From a virus (taxonomy: Duplodnaviria > Caudoviricetes), in IMG/VR virus record IMGVR_UViG_3300020367_000004, positions 1 to 64,000 of that record: a stretch of DNA of 64,000 nucleotides. One strand, 5' to 3'. Positions 45,716 to 59,800 of the stretch are shown here, piece by piece; positions within the stretch are counted from its first letter, which is position 1, and every line of letters starts with the position of its first letter. Both the position numbers and the translations under genes were made by a program. The notes under the pieces were generated by a model. The model did not search any database and was not told where the DNA came from. It saw only the letters and a program-made list of their open reading frames with translations.

Positions 45716-47815
45716 ATGCCTGCCACCCCATCGAATCTAACGTCATTAGATTTCTTCGAGATTAAGGAGTCCATTAAGTCATATCTCAGAACAAGACCTG
45801 AGTTTAGTGATTATGACTTTGAAGGATCTAGTGCATCATACCTAATAGACACATTAGCGTACAATACTTATTACAGCGCATTCACCGCTAACATGTCGAT
45901 GAATGAAGCGTTTTTAGAATCAGCGACAGTAAGAGATAACGTTGTAAGAATTGCAAAGCAGATAAACTATACACCTAGATCAATAAAGGCAGCAAAAGCA
46001 TGTGTTCGTATTACTGCACAGGCAGCAGTATTACCTGGTGGTCAGAGTTACCCTGATAGTATTACTATTAAGAAGGGTGATGTGTTTATATCTGAGATCA
46101 ATGGTGAGACATTTACATATGCTCTTACAAGAGATACACAAGCAACAGTTGACCAAACTACTGGATTAGCAACATTCTCTCAACTCATAATCTATCAAGG
46201 TAACTTTGTTACTTTCAATTATACAGTTGATGACACTGCTAAGGCAAACTATGTAATTCCTGCTGAGGGAGTTGATACTGAGTTACTTACAGTATCTGTA
46301 AAACCAAATGAACAGTCTGCTGAGATTGATGAATACTCTCTATCATCAAACGTAACAGCATTGACTGCAACTTCTCGTGTTTACTTTTTAGAAGAGACAG
46401 AAGATCTTAGATACAAGGTAATATTTGGTGATGGAGTTCTAGGACGTAAGTTAATTGATAATGAGTTTATTGTATTAGAGTACATTACTACTGATGGACC
46501 AAAAGCAAACGGTGCTAATAAGTTTAGTTTCATAGGTCAAGCAGTAGATGTCACAGGACGTGCTGTATTACCCTCTCAGATGTCCCTAGCAACGATTGAC
46601 AGCAGTCAAAGTGGCGAGGAGAGAGAATCTGCCCTGTCAGTTAAGTTTCGTGCTCCTAGGGCATTCTCGACGCAGAACAGAGCAGTTACAGAGAATGACT
46701 ACGCTCACATTGTTCAAGACATCTATCCCCAGGCAGCAGCAGTAACTGCCTATGGTGGTGAGAAACTCTCACCCCCTGAGTACGGTAAAGTGTTTATCGC
46801 AGTCAGATCAAAGTCTGGTGTAAACTTAAACACTACAACAAAGAAACGTATTCAGAATCAACTACTTGCATACTCCATGGCGTCGATTCAACCAGTAGTT
46901 GTTGATCCACGCATTTTCTACTTGTCACCTAAGATCTATCCATCATTTGATGGAAACAGTACAACAAGGTCTGCTAACGAATTAGCATCTGCTATTTTGA
47001 AGTCAGTTGACAAGTTTAACTCACAGAATAGAGATGACAGATTTAGTGGTCGTCTTGAAATGTCAAAATTCAATAGTATGATTGACTCTGCTGATAATGC
47101 TATCGCTGGTACAACAACACAGATGTCTATTGGTCAGAATTTAGACCAGTTTACATTTGGTAACGTATTTACCCAGTGTCTTGACTTTGGTAATGTCTTA
47201 ACAGACCCTAGTTCATTAGGTGGTGGTGATGGTGCTGATTGTGATCCTAAGTTCTCATCTGTTAAGTCTGGTTCATTCTATGCAACTGGTTATACAGAGG
47301 AAGTAGCAGACTTAATTGCTGCTGGTGAAGCAGCAGGATCCCTTACCACGCAACAACAGTCAAGTGGTCTTGAAGCAGCAGTATTTAATGGCACCCTAGT
47401 AGAATCAAGTACATTAGTACCAGTAAATCTTCGTGATGATGGAAAAGGTAACCTATTGATGGTTACTAACAGAAATGAAAAAGAGGTCATCCTTTCTTCA
47501 TCAGTTGGTACAGTTGACTATGCCACTGGAAAAGTCTGTGCTGGACCGCTAAATATTGCAGATACCCCTGACAGTACAACTCGTGTTCCTATTGTAGTAT
47601 TACCTGATGGTGATGGACTAACAATCCCACCAGGTGTCGATCCTACGTTATTTGATCCGAAAGTTTATCCTGTTGATTACATTACTAACCCATCAAACGT
47701 AAGTGGGTTTGATCCTTACAACTTTGGTGGTTGGAACTATGGTGGAGGCACCATAAATACAATTAATTACCCGATAGATGCGTTTACCTATCCAGAAATC
47801 GACTCCTGTTTCTAA
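45716..47815 (+). CDS. gp6: Baseplate wedge subunit gp6
   Basis: LDF..IK..L...F.DYDFEGS..LAYNTYY..NEAFLESA..R; FGDG.LG; QNRAVT.NDY; GGE...YGKVFI. Confidence 0.95.
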   Translation: MPATPSNLTSLDFFEIKESIKSYLRTRPEFSDYDFEGSSASYLIDTLAYNTYYSAFTANMSMNEAFLESATVRDNVVRIAKQINYTPRSIKAAKACVRITAQAAVLPGGQSYPDSITIKKGDVFISEINGETFTYALTRDTQATVDQTTGLATFSQLIIYQGNFVTFNYTVDDTAKANYVIPAEGVDTELLTVSVKPNEQSAEIDEYSLSSNVTALTATSRVYFLEETEDLRYKVIFGDGVLGRKLIDNEFIVLEYITTDGPKANGANKFSFIGQAVDVTGRAVLPSQMSLATIDSSQSGEERESALSVKFRAPRAFSTQNRAVTENDYAHIVQDIYPQAAAVTAYGGEKLSPPEYGKVFIAVRSKSGVNLNTTTKKRIQNQLLAYSMASIQPVVVDPRIFYLSPKIYPSFDGNSTTRSANELASAILKSVDKFNSQNRDDRFSGRLEMSKFNSMIDSADNAIAGTTTQMSIGQNLDQFTFGNVFTQCLDFGNVLTDPSSLGGGDGADCDPKFSSVKSGSFYATGYTEEVADLIAAGEAAGSLTTQQQSSGLEAAVFNGTLVESSTLVPVNLRDDGKGNLLMVTNRNEKEVILSSSVGTVDYATGKVCAGPLNIADTPDSTTRVPIVVLPDGDGLTIPPGVDPTLFDPKVYPVDYITNPSNVSGFDPYNFGGWNYGGGTINTINYPIDAFTYPEIDSCF

Positions 47816-47820
47816 ATTAG

Positions 47821-50800
47821 ATGTTTGCTGACAAAATAAACATTTCGGACAGAGTTAGTAATCAACTCCCAGAGTTTATAAGGGATGAAGATCAACAACT
47901 CGTTAACTTTCTCTTTGAATACTACAAATCACAAGAGAAGACTGGTCGTGCGTATAATGTATTAAACAATTTACTTGAATATCTTGATATTGATGCTTAT
48001 GATCCTAAGATCTTAACATCTAATACAATTTTGATTAAAGATGTTGATACAAGTGTAGAAAAGATTGAAGTAGAACAGATAGATGGATTCTTACCGAAAG
48101 ATGGTTCGGTAATGATTGACAATGAAGTAATATACTACCAAGAAACAGTTCGTGGTCCTGATGCTATCTTAACACCAGGAATTTCACTAGAAGAATTTAA
48201 TAAAAAGCGTCAAAACCTAGAAAGTCCTATAACATTGTTCGATGGAGTCAAAACTACCTTCGATCTTAAATTCTTAGGCACCCCAGTCTCACCTGTCTCA
48301 GCAGATCACCTTGTTGTCACTGTTTATGGGACAATGATGCAACCAACTGTTGATTATACAATCAGTGGTTCTCAAATTGTCTTTACAACACCTCCAAGAG
48401 CAAAAACTGGTACCGACCAAACTGAATTTACACAAATTTTGTATTATATCGGTTTTGCTGACTCAGTAATCAAAAAATTAGAATATCCTGATGTTGCGAC
48501 TCTCGCTGGTGACGAGTCCATGCCTATTACTTACAATAGTCAACCATATTCACCTATTTCAGAGATTGGTCTAATTATTAATCGTAATGGTACTCTACAA
48601 AGACCATATATCGATTATGTACTAACTGACAACAATACAAGGATCAAATTCTTTGTAAATATCACCTCACAGGATGTTTACCATATAAGGTCTATCGAAT
48701 ACGTCTCTCCGTCCGTTGGATCGGGTGCTGAGGCGGTTACAAGGATAGGAGTCAATGGTGAGATTGAAGCAATCATAATCAAAAACGGAGGATCAGGATA
48801 TGAACTTAACTTTGCTCCAAAAGTTTCTATATACAGTTCGACTGGTGTCGGTGGCAACTCAGCTGCAAGATCACTTGTCTCGGGAATCAAAAACATCCAA
48901 CTCATAAGTGGTGGACAAGGATATACATCATATAACCCTCCACTTATTAATATCACACCCCCTAGTGATTTAATCAATGGTTCAAGGGCAACTGCTGCCA
49001 TTACAGTTGATGATCTAACTGGTCAGGTAGATAGCGTTACTATTACAGACTCTGGTTCTGGATATGACTTCATTCCAGCAATTACTTTCCAAAACCCAGG
49101 TGGTGCATCAATTAGTGATCCTACTATTGATGGTGAGGGTAGATTAAACGTTGATTCTATTACAGTTACTTCACAAGGTATAGGATATAGTAACCCTCCA
49201 ACAATTTACATTGATCCTGCTCCTGTTGATGGTATTGATGCAGAAGCATCATGTACAGTATCACCTGATGGACAGGTTGTTCAAGTTACCATTAATAATA
49301 GAGGTAGAGGATATTTAACTGCACCAAGAGCAAGAATTATACAACCAGTTGGTGCACAGGTTTTAGACGTAACTGTTGCTAACGGTAGTGTTACCAATAT
49401 CAACCTATTAACTGGTGGTGCTGGATATACAGATGCACCTTCTGTTTATATTGTAGATGATCGTAAAGGACCACTAGGAGAAGCAATCGGTGGTACAGGA
49501 GCATTAGCAGCAGCGACTATATTCAACGGAGAGATTACTGATATCAATATCATCAGTTTTGGAACAGGTTACTCTGAAAGTTCGCCACCCAAAGTGTACA
49601 TAGCCGAACCTTTATCCGCTGCATCGTCCTGTGACGTTGGATTTGGTGAAATCACTGGTTGTAAGATTTTAAGTGCTGGTTCTTACTATGAACCATCTGC
49701 ATTCCTTAATTGTGCTCGTGGTGTATCTGATATAGTACAGTTTGACAACTATGGTAATCAGATCTACGCAAAAGAAGCACAACTAGCACAAACTGACCAT
49801 TCAAGTGGTGCTGTTGTACATAACCTTGACTCTCAAATCATTAGACAGGTATTTGACAAGTTTAGACGTCAATATATGCCTACTATCAACATTGACTACT
49901 CACAGGTCAATCCGATACAGGTTATTAAGACTATTAAGGACTTCTATATCTCTAAGGGTACAAAAACTGCTGCACAATACCTATTCAAGATATTATTTGG
50001 TGAACAGGTTGATGTTTACTACCCAAGAGAAGAATTAGTTACACCATCTGCTGCTTCATGGATAGTTGACACTATTTTAAGAGCAGAGTTGATATCTGGT
50101 GATCCTGCTAACTTACCTAACTCACAACTTAATCAATTTGCTGATGATGTTGATCCAAACATCGGAGATGCTAATGTATTGATTGAAAACGTCATTTCAA
50201 TCATAGAAGGTACTGATGTAATTTACGAATTAGCAATATCAGAAGAAACATTGTCAGGGGTGTTTAAGATTCCCTATAAAACAGTTCTTGCAGAACCATT
50301 AACTACGACAGAGAACATAATAACAGTTGACTCAACTATTGGGTGGCCCGAGAAGAACGGAACTATCATTATTGGTGATTCTGAGGTTGTACAGTATAAA
50401 GAAAAATCACTAAACCAGTTTATTGAGTGTACACGTTCTAAAAATGGTGTAGTAGAAGACTGGGACCCAGGAACTACTATATTTTCTGATATATTTGTAT
50501 ATGTTAACCGTGGTTTAACAACAGAAGTCAAACTTCGTGTTCTAGGTATTGCAGAAGCGGGTACAACAGTCTTAGAAGACAGTGGATCATATTATCTACC
50601 TGGTGACAAGTTAAATGTTGCTGCGTTAGGTTCTACTGCTAATGATAAGCGTCTAAACTCATGGTTATACAACGTTAAGAAGTTAATCTCTGTTACACAG
50701 ATTACTCCTACACAAAATAGCAATTCAATAAGTCAAATTGCTAACGTTGTTTGTTCTAACCCACATGGTTTACTTGTAGAAGACAAGGTTACCATCTATG

Positions 50801-53800
50801 GTGCTAACCCTGCTGTATATAATGGCACGTTTGAAGTAACTTCACGTCTTGATGAATTTACCTTTACATATAACTTACCTGTTCCTACTGATATTATTCC
50901 ACAGGGTAATATTCTATTATCAGTTGACCTCAACAGAGGTAAGTCAACTGTAACCTCTATTAATGAAGTTATATCACTCTTTACATCTAACATACAGAAC
51001 TCCTTCTTCAATAGTGCTTATGTTTACATTGCTGCATCTGGATTACCCAACTACAAGGTTGGACCATTTACAGGATCTGCACTTATTCCAGGAAACCAAC
51101 GTAAGTTACTAAGATTCCCTAGAACAGTTGAGACAGTATCTACAAGAACAATAGTTGCACCCAATACTCCTATTGGATCATGGGTAAATGGTGTTGCTGC
51201 ATGGTCTTATAAGTCTGCTGAGGTTGTAACATTCGGACCTTTAACCAGTATTAGTATTCTTACAAATGGACAAGACTATGATGCTGGATCAAAACCAGCA
51301 TTAGAAATATCTGGTGGTGGAGGTACAGGTGCTGCTGCTACTGTAACTGTTAATGGTTCTCTATTCTCTATTGCTGTAACTAATGAAGGATCTGGTTATA
51401 CAGAACAACCATTAATCTCTATTGTTGGTGGTGGTGGATCTGGTGCAACTGCACAAGCGGTTGTTACTAATGGTAGAGTAACTAGAATACTTGTAGAGAA
51501 CGCTGGAACAGGATACACTTCTCAACCTACTATATCAATTACTGGTGGTGGCGGAGTAGGTGCTCTTGCATCTGCACAAGTTCGTGGTCCTATATCTGGT
51601 GTAACACTAACATCTCCTGGTGCTGGTTATACATCAACTCCTTCAATCAGACTAAACTCTGGTGAGGGTGCTCTGGCACAACCTATTGTTATTAATGGTC
51701 GTATTGTATCAATCGCTATTATTAACTCTGGTTCTGGATATACAACTGCACCTACTATCTTTATTAATGGTGATGGATTTGGTGCTCAGGCAGTTGCTGT
51801 TATTGGAACATTAGGAGAAGATAAAGGTAAAGTTATATCTGTAACAATTACAAACAGAGGTGTTGGATATACACAAGGAATGACAACTGTACGTTTAGAA
51901 GCAGTTGGTCAACTAGCAACATTCCAAGCAAATGTATTCCAGTGGAATAAAAACCTTGAATATGAACTAGCATCAAAATATGACGTAGCAAGAGGATATG
52001 TATTTACTGGATTCAATAACCAGTATGGTGGTGAGTATGCACATATATCAGATCCAAAAGAATTAAGATATGTTGTTGGTGATAACGTTGTATTAGATCC
52101 AGTTACACAATCATTCAGAGAGATAGGTGTTAACGAAGCACACTCTCCTATTATTGGTTGGGCATTTGATGGTAACCCAATATACGGTCCATATGGATAT
52201 ATTGACCCAACTGATCAGAACAGTGGATTGAGAAGAATGCGTTCTTCTTATAAACTTAAAGATGAAGTTGTATTTGATGCAGATACTAACCCAACACCAT
52301 CAAGAACAGACGGTCCAGCATTATCATCTTATCCTGCTGGTATATTTGTTAATGACTATGAATACACATTCCAAAGAGGTGATTTAGATCCTTATAATGG
52401 TAGATTCTGTAAGACACCTGATTTCCCTGCTGGAACATATGCATATTTCATTACTATTGATGAATCAGATGAGGGTTTACCAGTATTCCCTTATATTATT
52501 GGTCCACAGTTTAACTCTGTTGTTGATACATGGAACTTATCACTAAATGCAGTTCAAGAGAATATACCTCTTGATGTTTCTCGTTTTAGAGATCCATATG
52601 CCAATGTTGACATTGATATTGAACGTCAACCTAACCAAGAGTCAGATCAGTTTGTTACTGAGAAAGAAGGTGATTTAATTATCTTTGAAATAGAGGATAT
52701 CGATGGTGATGGTATAATTACACCTGTTGAGATTGCAAATCAGCAAGCAGTTACAGAAGAAGCAGCATTACAGATATATGATTACTTCCCATTAGTATCT
52801 GCTGAGTCAAGAGTTGATATTGAAGTAGAGACAACTACAAAATTTGAATCTGCACAAATTGATGGGTTTGTTATTGAAAACCCAGGTGTATCATATCAGG
52901 TTAATGATACATTGTTCTTTGACAATACAGGAACAGGTGGATTTGGTGCATCTGCACAAATTGAGTCAGTGGTAGGTCAAAGTATTGCATCTTATCAGAA
53001 AGAAATTATAAATGACATACCATACGGTAAAATTGTTACTTCTGCTAACCATGAACTTATTGCACAAGATGAAATCATCGTAAGTTCACGAGTTATTACA
53101 GAAAACACAAATAAGAGATTCTACATGTCAGTTGTTACTGGTATTGAGACAATCTCTGTTGATCAGATAGGTGTTGGTTATAATGAGCAGATTCCTGCAA
53201 CTTATGAGATTATTGCAAGTCAAGGACAAGACGTAGAACTAGATGTCGTTCTTGACACTACTACTGGTAAGATTGATACTGTTAATATCATTAATTCTGG
53301 TTATGGATACTCAGTAGATGCTATACCTCAGATAAGAGTATCACATCCACAACAATACAAGAAAACTTACTATTGGGTTAACCAGTATGCTGAATCTTCT
53401 GCATCATTTGAAATATTTGACATTCAACCAGCAGATGATCGTACATGGTATGTGTGTGGTGAACTTACAGAGACAAATGGCAATAGTTCTGCATTCTTAG
53501 CTAAGTTCTCTGATCTTGGTGGTGTAATTTGGGATAGAACACTTTTACCAAGTGCAAGTATCAAGAAAGCAAGATTTAAACGTATATACTTAGATCAAAC
53601 AACTGCTGATGACCATATCATCTATGTTCTTGGTGAAACAGAGTCACAATCAACTGCTGCATACAATCCTGACATATTAGTTGTCAAATATCAATCTGGT
53701 CTTGATAATGCTAACAACCCAGAGGGTATTGTTGAGTGGCAGAAGGAAATTGCTGGTGTATCGGGTTCAACAAGGTCTGACTATGCTGGTGACCTCTATA

Positions 53801-56800
53801 TGGACGATGAACAACGTCTATACATCTGTGGTTGGACAGATACTAACTCAGTTGACCCAGATGACATCTGGATCATGCAACTTAACAGTTTAGGTGATGT
53901 TATTGAGAAACGTAAGTTTGCTTCACCTAATCAAGGTGAACAATTACATCAGATTCATTATATTGGTGATGACAAGATTATATTCACTGGTATTGACTTA
54001 GATAACAACGATCTCATGTTTGGTGAAATGATCTATGATGGATCTAACATTGAAATGAGATATGTTAAGAAATTAGCAGTATCTGGTGGTCAGGTAAGAA
54101 GACCACAGTTTGTTATTGATTCTTACAATGATTTGTTCTTCACATGCGATATGTGGAACGGAACTAAGCATTATGGTGTTGCATTGTTCAAAATTGCAAT
54201 GTCACAGGTTGAAACTACTGCTGCTAACCCAACATGGATATTCTCGAAGATTATTGCACCTAGTATTGCTTTTGAGTCAATTACACATGCTGGTATCTCT
54301 CTTGATGAGTTTGGTAACATTAATCTTGTTACACATGTCTTATATGAAGATAATAACCAACAAGCAGTCATTAATTACATCAAATACGATGGAACGACTC
54401 TTAAAAAGTCAAATGTCATTTCTGGTGCTTGGAATAGTGGAACTTCATCAACAGATTACGGTTTAGGGTTTACAGCACATAATCATACCGTTGATAACTC
54501 TGGTGATGTTATAATTCCAGCAAATATTCAAAAATCAGTCCAAAGTGCTGTATATCGTTTTAATGACACTAACGATCTTTACTTTGACTCTACAAAACAG
54601 AAAAAGGCGATTCCTACGATTGTAAACAGTGCACAACTTGTTTATGATAGTACTGTTCAAAAATTTGGTACAGGATCACTTAAATTCCAACAATACGGTT
54701 CATTATCATGGGCAAACCTTGATAACAATGATGATTGGACTGTTGCGATGTGGGTTAAGATGGATACGTCTCATGACTCCAATAATCCAATAATGGAGAT
54801 GATTACAGCGATAGATGACGCTGGTTCGACTGTAAAACTCAATATTATTGGTGCAGCATCAGATGCTAACTTTGGTAAGATCAGAATGGTGATTGCACCC
54901 CAAGGTGCAAGTGCAGTGACTGTTGATTCAGTTGGATCAACATATTTCAATACAATGGACGCTGGTAACTGGCATCACATTGCATTTGTTAAAGAAGAAC
55001 CTAGTTTGGGTTCATATGACTATTCTGTTTATTTTGATGGTGTAAGAACAAATACTGCGACTAGCACTGCTGATATTGCAATGGATGACCTCACAATCGG
55101 TTGTGCAACATCAGGACAAGCAATTACCAACTCATTCCTTGGACATATCGATGATATCGCTATTGAACCAAGAGCAGTCTATACTGGATCATCTTTACAG
55201 GTTCCTACCGAAAGATATCGTATTACAACAGTTAATAGCAATACTGACTACATTAAGTTTGATAGAGAGCATAGTAAGCGTGCTGATTACCAAACATCAA
55301 CAGATGGCATCGTATTTACAGAAAATACAAATCTCAACATTAATAATCTTAATAATCCAGTAATTACCGTTTGGAACGAAGGTGCAAGTGGATTACAGAT
55401 ATTAGACTACTCTGACGTTACTTCTCAACTAAGTCCAGGAACTTATACGTTCTCAGAGACAATTACAACATTTGCGTCTAAAACTTCGACTATTCCAACT
55501 CCATTAGGTAAGAGACTACTTATTACACCTAATGTTGTTGCAAAATACTATATTAGGGATGCTGGGTATTCTAAGATTGATAACGTCCTAGAATTCACAT
55601 TTAACCAAGATATCAAGTATTCTAAGGGAAGTATCATTCAACAGTTCAATTCCCAAGGTGTAACACAAGCATTTGGTACTATTGTTGAAGTTCCAACAGG
55701 AACACTTAATAATCCTGGATTAGGCAACAAATACAAGATTGGTAAGATATATGGTAACTTTAACGATTCAGACAGATTTAGAAACGATACTAACGAAGAA
55801 AACACTATTGACAACGTAGAGTTCAATGTTAAGCGTCCACAGGAACAATGGGTAACTGGTAAGGCATATGTCGTTGGAGATCAGGTTTATAGTGCTGGTA
55901 AGATATATGCTGCTACAAACTCTGCTACATCAGGTGTAACTGCTCCTACACACTCTATTGGTATAGTTACTGATGGTGCTGTCACATGGAACTTTATTAG
56001 TGTATCTGGAACATTACAAGTTAATCTTGCAGACTATGCTTGGCCCAGACCATCAGAACCAGAATGGGAAGAAAATAGATCTTATTCTGCTAATGATTTT
56101 GTTTACTATGGTAGATACAAGTATCAGGCACAAGCAGATGGTATTGCTGGACCAACTGCTCCTGTACATACAACTGGTACTGTTAGTGATGGAAATGTCG
56201 ACTGGGCATATGTTTCAACATATACAGGATTAGATTCGTTTGCTAGATTCAGACCATACGCTGAAAACGATTATCGAGTACAAATTATGGGAATCTACAC
56301 AGATTCCGATTTCATAGTTGGTGATGTAATTTCGCTAGGTAATAGTATCACGGCTATACCAAACGCAGATAATCCAAAGATAGCAGATATCGATGGAATT
56401 GGATCTGTAAGTAAGATTAGATTTACTGTAAACCTTGATAAAGATATTATTAGAACTGCTAATGCAAGAACTGACTTAATATATGCAACTGCTACTACTG
56501 CACATAATTTAAACGCAAATGACATTCTATATGTTGAAGGATTCACAACTGCTGAATTTAATGGATCATTCTTTGTACAAGAACTATTCTCTTCAAGAGA
56601 TTACACATATAGACTTCGTTCAACTGCAACTGCTGACCCATTATTTGTAAACAGTGGTATTGCGAATGTCAAGATATCATCTAAGCACCCAACATTATTG
56701 TTGGTTAGAAATCATTCTTATATCTTTGATATGAGTGATGCATCTAACTTTGGATATTTCTTATCATTCTCACAAGATAACCAGTTTAAACTTGAATACT

Positions 56801-59800
56801 CATTTAACGTTATTGAAAGAGAAGGAACTCCTGGTGTAGCATCTGCAACCGAGACACCTACTGTTCAGTTTACAATCGGTGGAGAAGTTACTAATATTAC
56901 TTACTACTTTGACCCATCAAGACTTGGTTCTAATTCACCTGTTGGTGCAAACTCATTTATTGATGTTATCAAGACACCGTTTGATGGTACATTTAGAATT
57001 TCTGAGGTTCTAAGTGATACTGAGTTTAGATTCCCATTATTACATGAACCAGAATTTACGAATGCTAATATAGGACTTGACGATCAAGATCAACCTAATT
57101 CCAAATACTCTACGACATCAGTAAAAGCGATTGGTCCTATTAACAATATCAAACTAATATCCCCAGGTGGATTCTATCAGAGACTACCTGTTGTGTCTGA
57201 TATTGCATCAGATCGTAAGATTGAGAAAGTCAGAATTGGTAATGGTGGTACTGAATATGCAGTTGGTGTCTATACACAGGTTCCTATCCTAGGTGATGGT
57301 GAAGGTGGTCTTGTTCAAATCACTGTTGAAGTTGATGAAGAGATTGGATCAGGAACTATCACTGATGTTGCACTAACAGACCCAGGAAAAGGATATACAG
57401 AAGCATCTATTGACGTAGATGGTATCGAAGGTATTCTTGGACCCACACTATCAGGTTCTGGTGCAGAATTAAATGTTATCATTCCTGCTGAGGGTTCTGG
57501 TGCTGCTGTATTCTTAACTGGTAGACAGATCGGTAAGATCAAGACTCTTAAAAACAATGAGTTTGGTTATGGTTATTCACATGACTATACCTTACGTCCT
57601 GAGATTGCATTCCCAGTCAACTTACAGTTATTCAATACATCTATTCTTTCACAGATTACGATTACAAATCCTGGTGCTGGTTATACATCTCCTCCTTCTG
57701 TTATCATCGAAGGTGGTGGTGGATCAGGTGCTGAGGCAGAGGCAATCGTTAAGAACAATAGATTATCAGAGATTCTAATTAAAAATCCTGGTGCTGGATA
57801 TAGTTCACAACCATCAGTAACACTTAAATCAGAATTTACATACGTTGTAAACCTTGACTTGAACTACTTACAGTTCAACTTCCCACATGGTATTACAACT
57901 GGTGCTGCTGTACAGTTTAGAGCAGAAGATATTGGTTCTACTGTCGGTGTACTACCAAAACCAAGTTCAGTTGGTTTGACATCATTATCATCTACACAGA
58001 CATACTATGCTATCACTGGTGATGCTAACTCACTAGAATCTGACCAGTTAAGATTTGCTTTGACACCTGTTGATGCACAGTCTGGTAACTTTATCACATT
58101 CTTGACACAGGGTGATGGTCGTCAGGTTCTTCTTACTGAGGTATTTGGTGGTCAAGCAGATGCTATCGTAGAGACATCACGTTTCTTAGAAGGTGAAGAA
58201 GTATTCCAAGGTGAGACATATGAATTAGCAAGTGCATTTGGTTTTGTATCAGAAAACGAAGGTTGGCAAATACAACCTAAGATCTTAAAGATTACTAACC
58301 CAAGAGGAGACTTTGTTGTTGGTGGTAAAGTACAAGGTGTGATATCTCGTGCATCTGGTATTGTTGATAACTTGAATATTGCTAAGGGTGTTCTTAATAT
58401 TGACGCTCTTACTAGAACTCCTGGTAGATTTATTGATGACGTTGGTAAACCATCAGAGATTGTACAGAAGATTCAAGACTCTTACTTCTATCAGAACTTC
58501 TCTTATGTTATTAAGTCTAAGATTCCTATCAATAGATGGAAAGAGCAGATATTAGAGAACAACCATCCTGTTGGATTCAACATGTTTGGTCAGTTAGAAT
58601 TAACTGGTGGTAAGGACGTATCTGGACGTAAAGTTATTGCTGGATTTACAAAACAGGTAAACATCAATGAGTATACTAATGTAAACCAGATTACATCCTT
58701 TGGTGCTGCACAACCTATCTACTCTACATTTAATAACTCTGAGGTTCTATTCCGTAAGAAGAGATTAACTAACTCTGAGGAAATTCTAACTTCTATTGTT
58801 AAGAAGATTGATAATATTGCATCACAATTTGATGGATCTAGAAAGTCATTCCCAATCGCTGTTGAAGGTGAAAACTTAGTTGTAAATGAGAACCAGTTAC
58901 TAATCACACTCAATGGTATTATACAGGCACCTGGAACTTCATATAGTGTTGTTGGTAATAACATTGTATTTGCTGAACCTCCAAAACCTGATTCTAAGGT
59001 TGTATACAGAAATGTAGAAGTTGACCTATATCCAATTACAAGATTTAACTTGAATACTATCGGTGGTATATTCCCATCAATAGGTGATACAGTATTTGGT
59101 TTTGTTTCTAATGCAACTGCAAGAGTTGTTGCAACTGGTGCTACATCTATTGATGTTGTAGATATTCAAAATGGTCCATTTGTACTTAATGAAAGAATTG
59201 ATGTTAGCAGAACAGGATTCAGTGCTCTTATTGGATCAATAGATGACTCTATTACTAAAATATTCTTACAGAATATAGGTGGTGAATTTACACAAAGTGC
59301 ACTTGCTGGTGACAAAGTAACTGGTGCTACAACAGGAGCAACCGCTACTATACAAACTGTTGATGCTGTTAATCAGACTATTGACGTTGTTGATATGGCA
59401 AATGGTTACTTTGATAGAGGAGAGAATGTATCATTCTTCGCTGCTGGATATGGTGCTAATGTATTAAACGTAGATAGTGTAAACTATAAGACTATCTTTG
59501 AGTTTGGTGAAACAGTAACAAGTCTTGATGGTAATACTGCTGTAATTGAAGAGAACAACCTTGACCTTGATGGTGTTATTGATGATAAGTTAGTTCTTTC
59601 TAAAACATCAGGTACATCTGAATATGAAACAGGAACATACAGTATATTCTTAAACGATATAATCTACTCAGCAAGTTCTAATATTGCTGCTAAGATTACA
59701 AGTATTTCTCCATATAGAGATCCTATTGTTTCTATCAACTTAGTACGTCCTGTTGGTAGTACATCTGGATCATGGTCTACTTTTGAAGAAGGTGATAAAT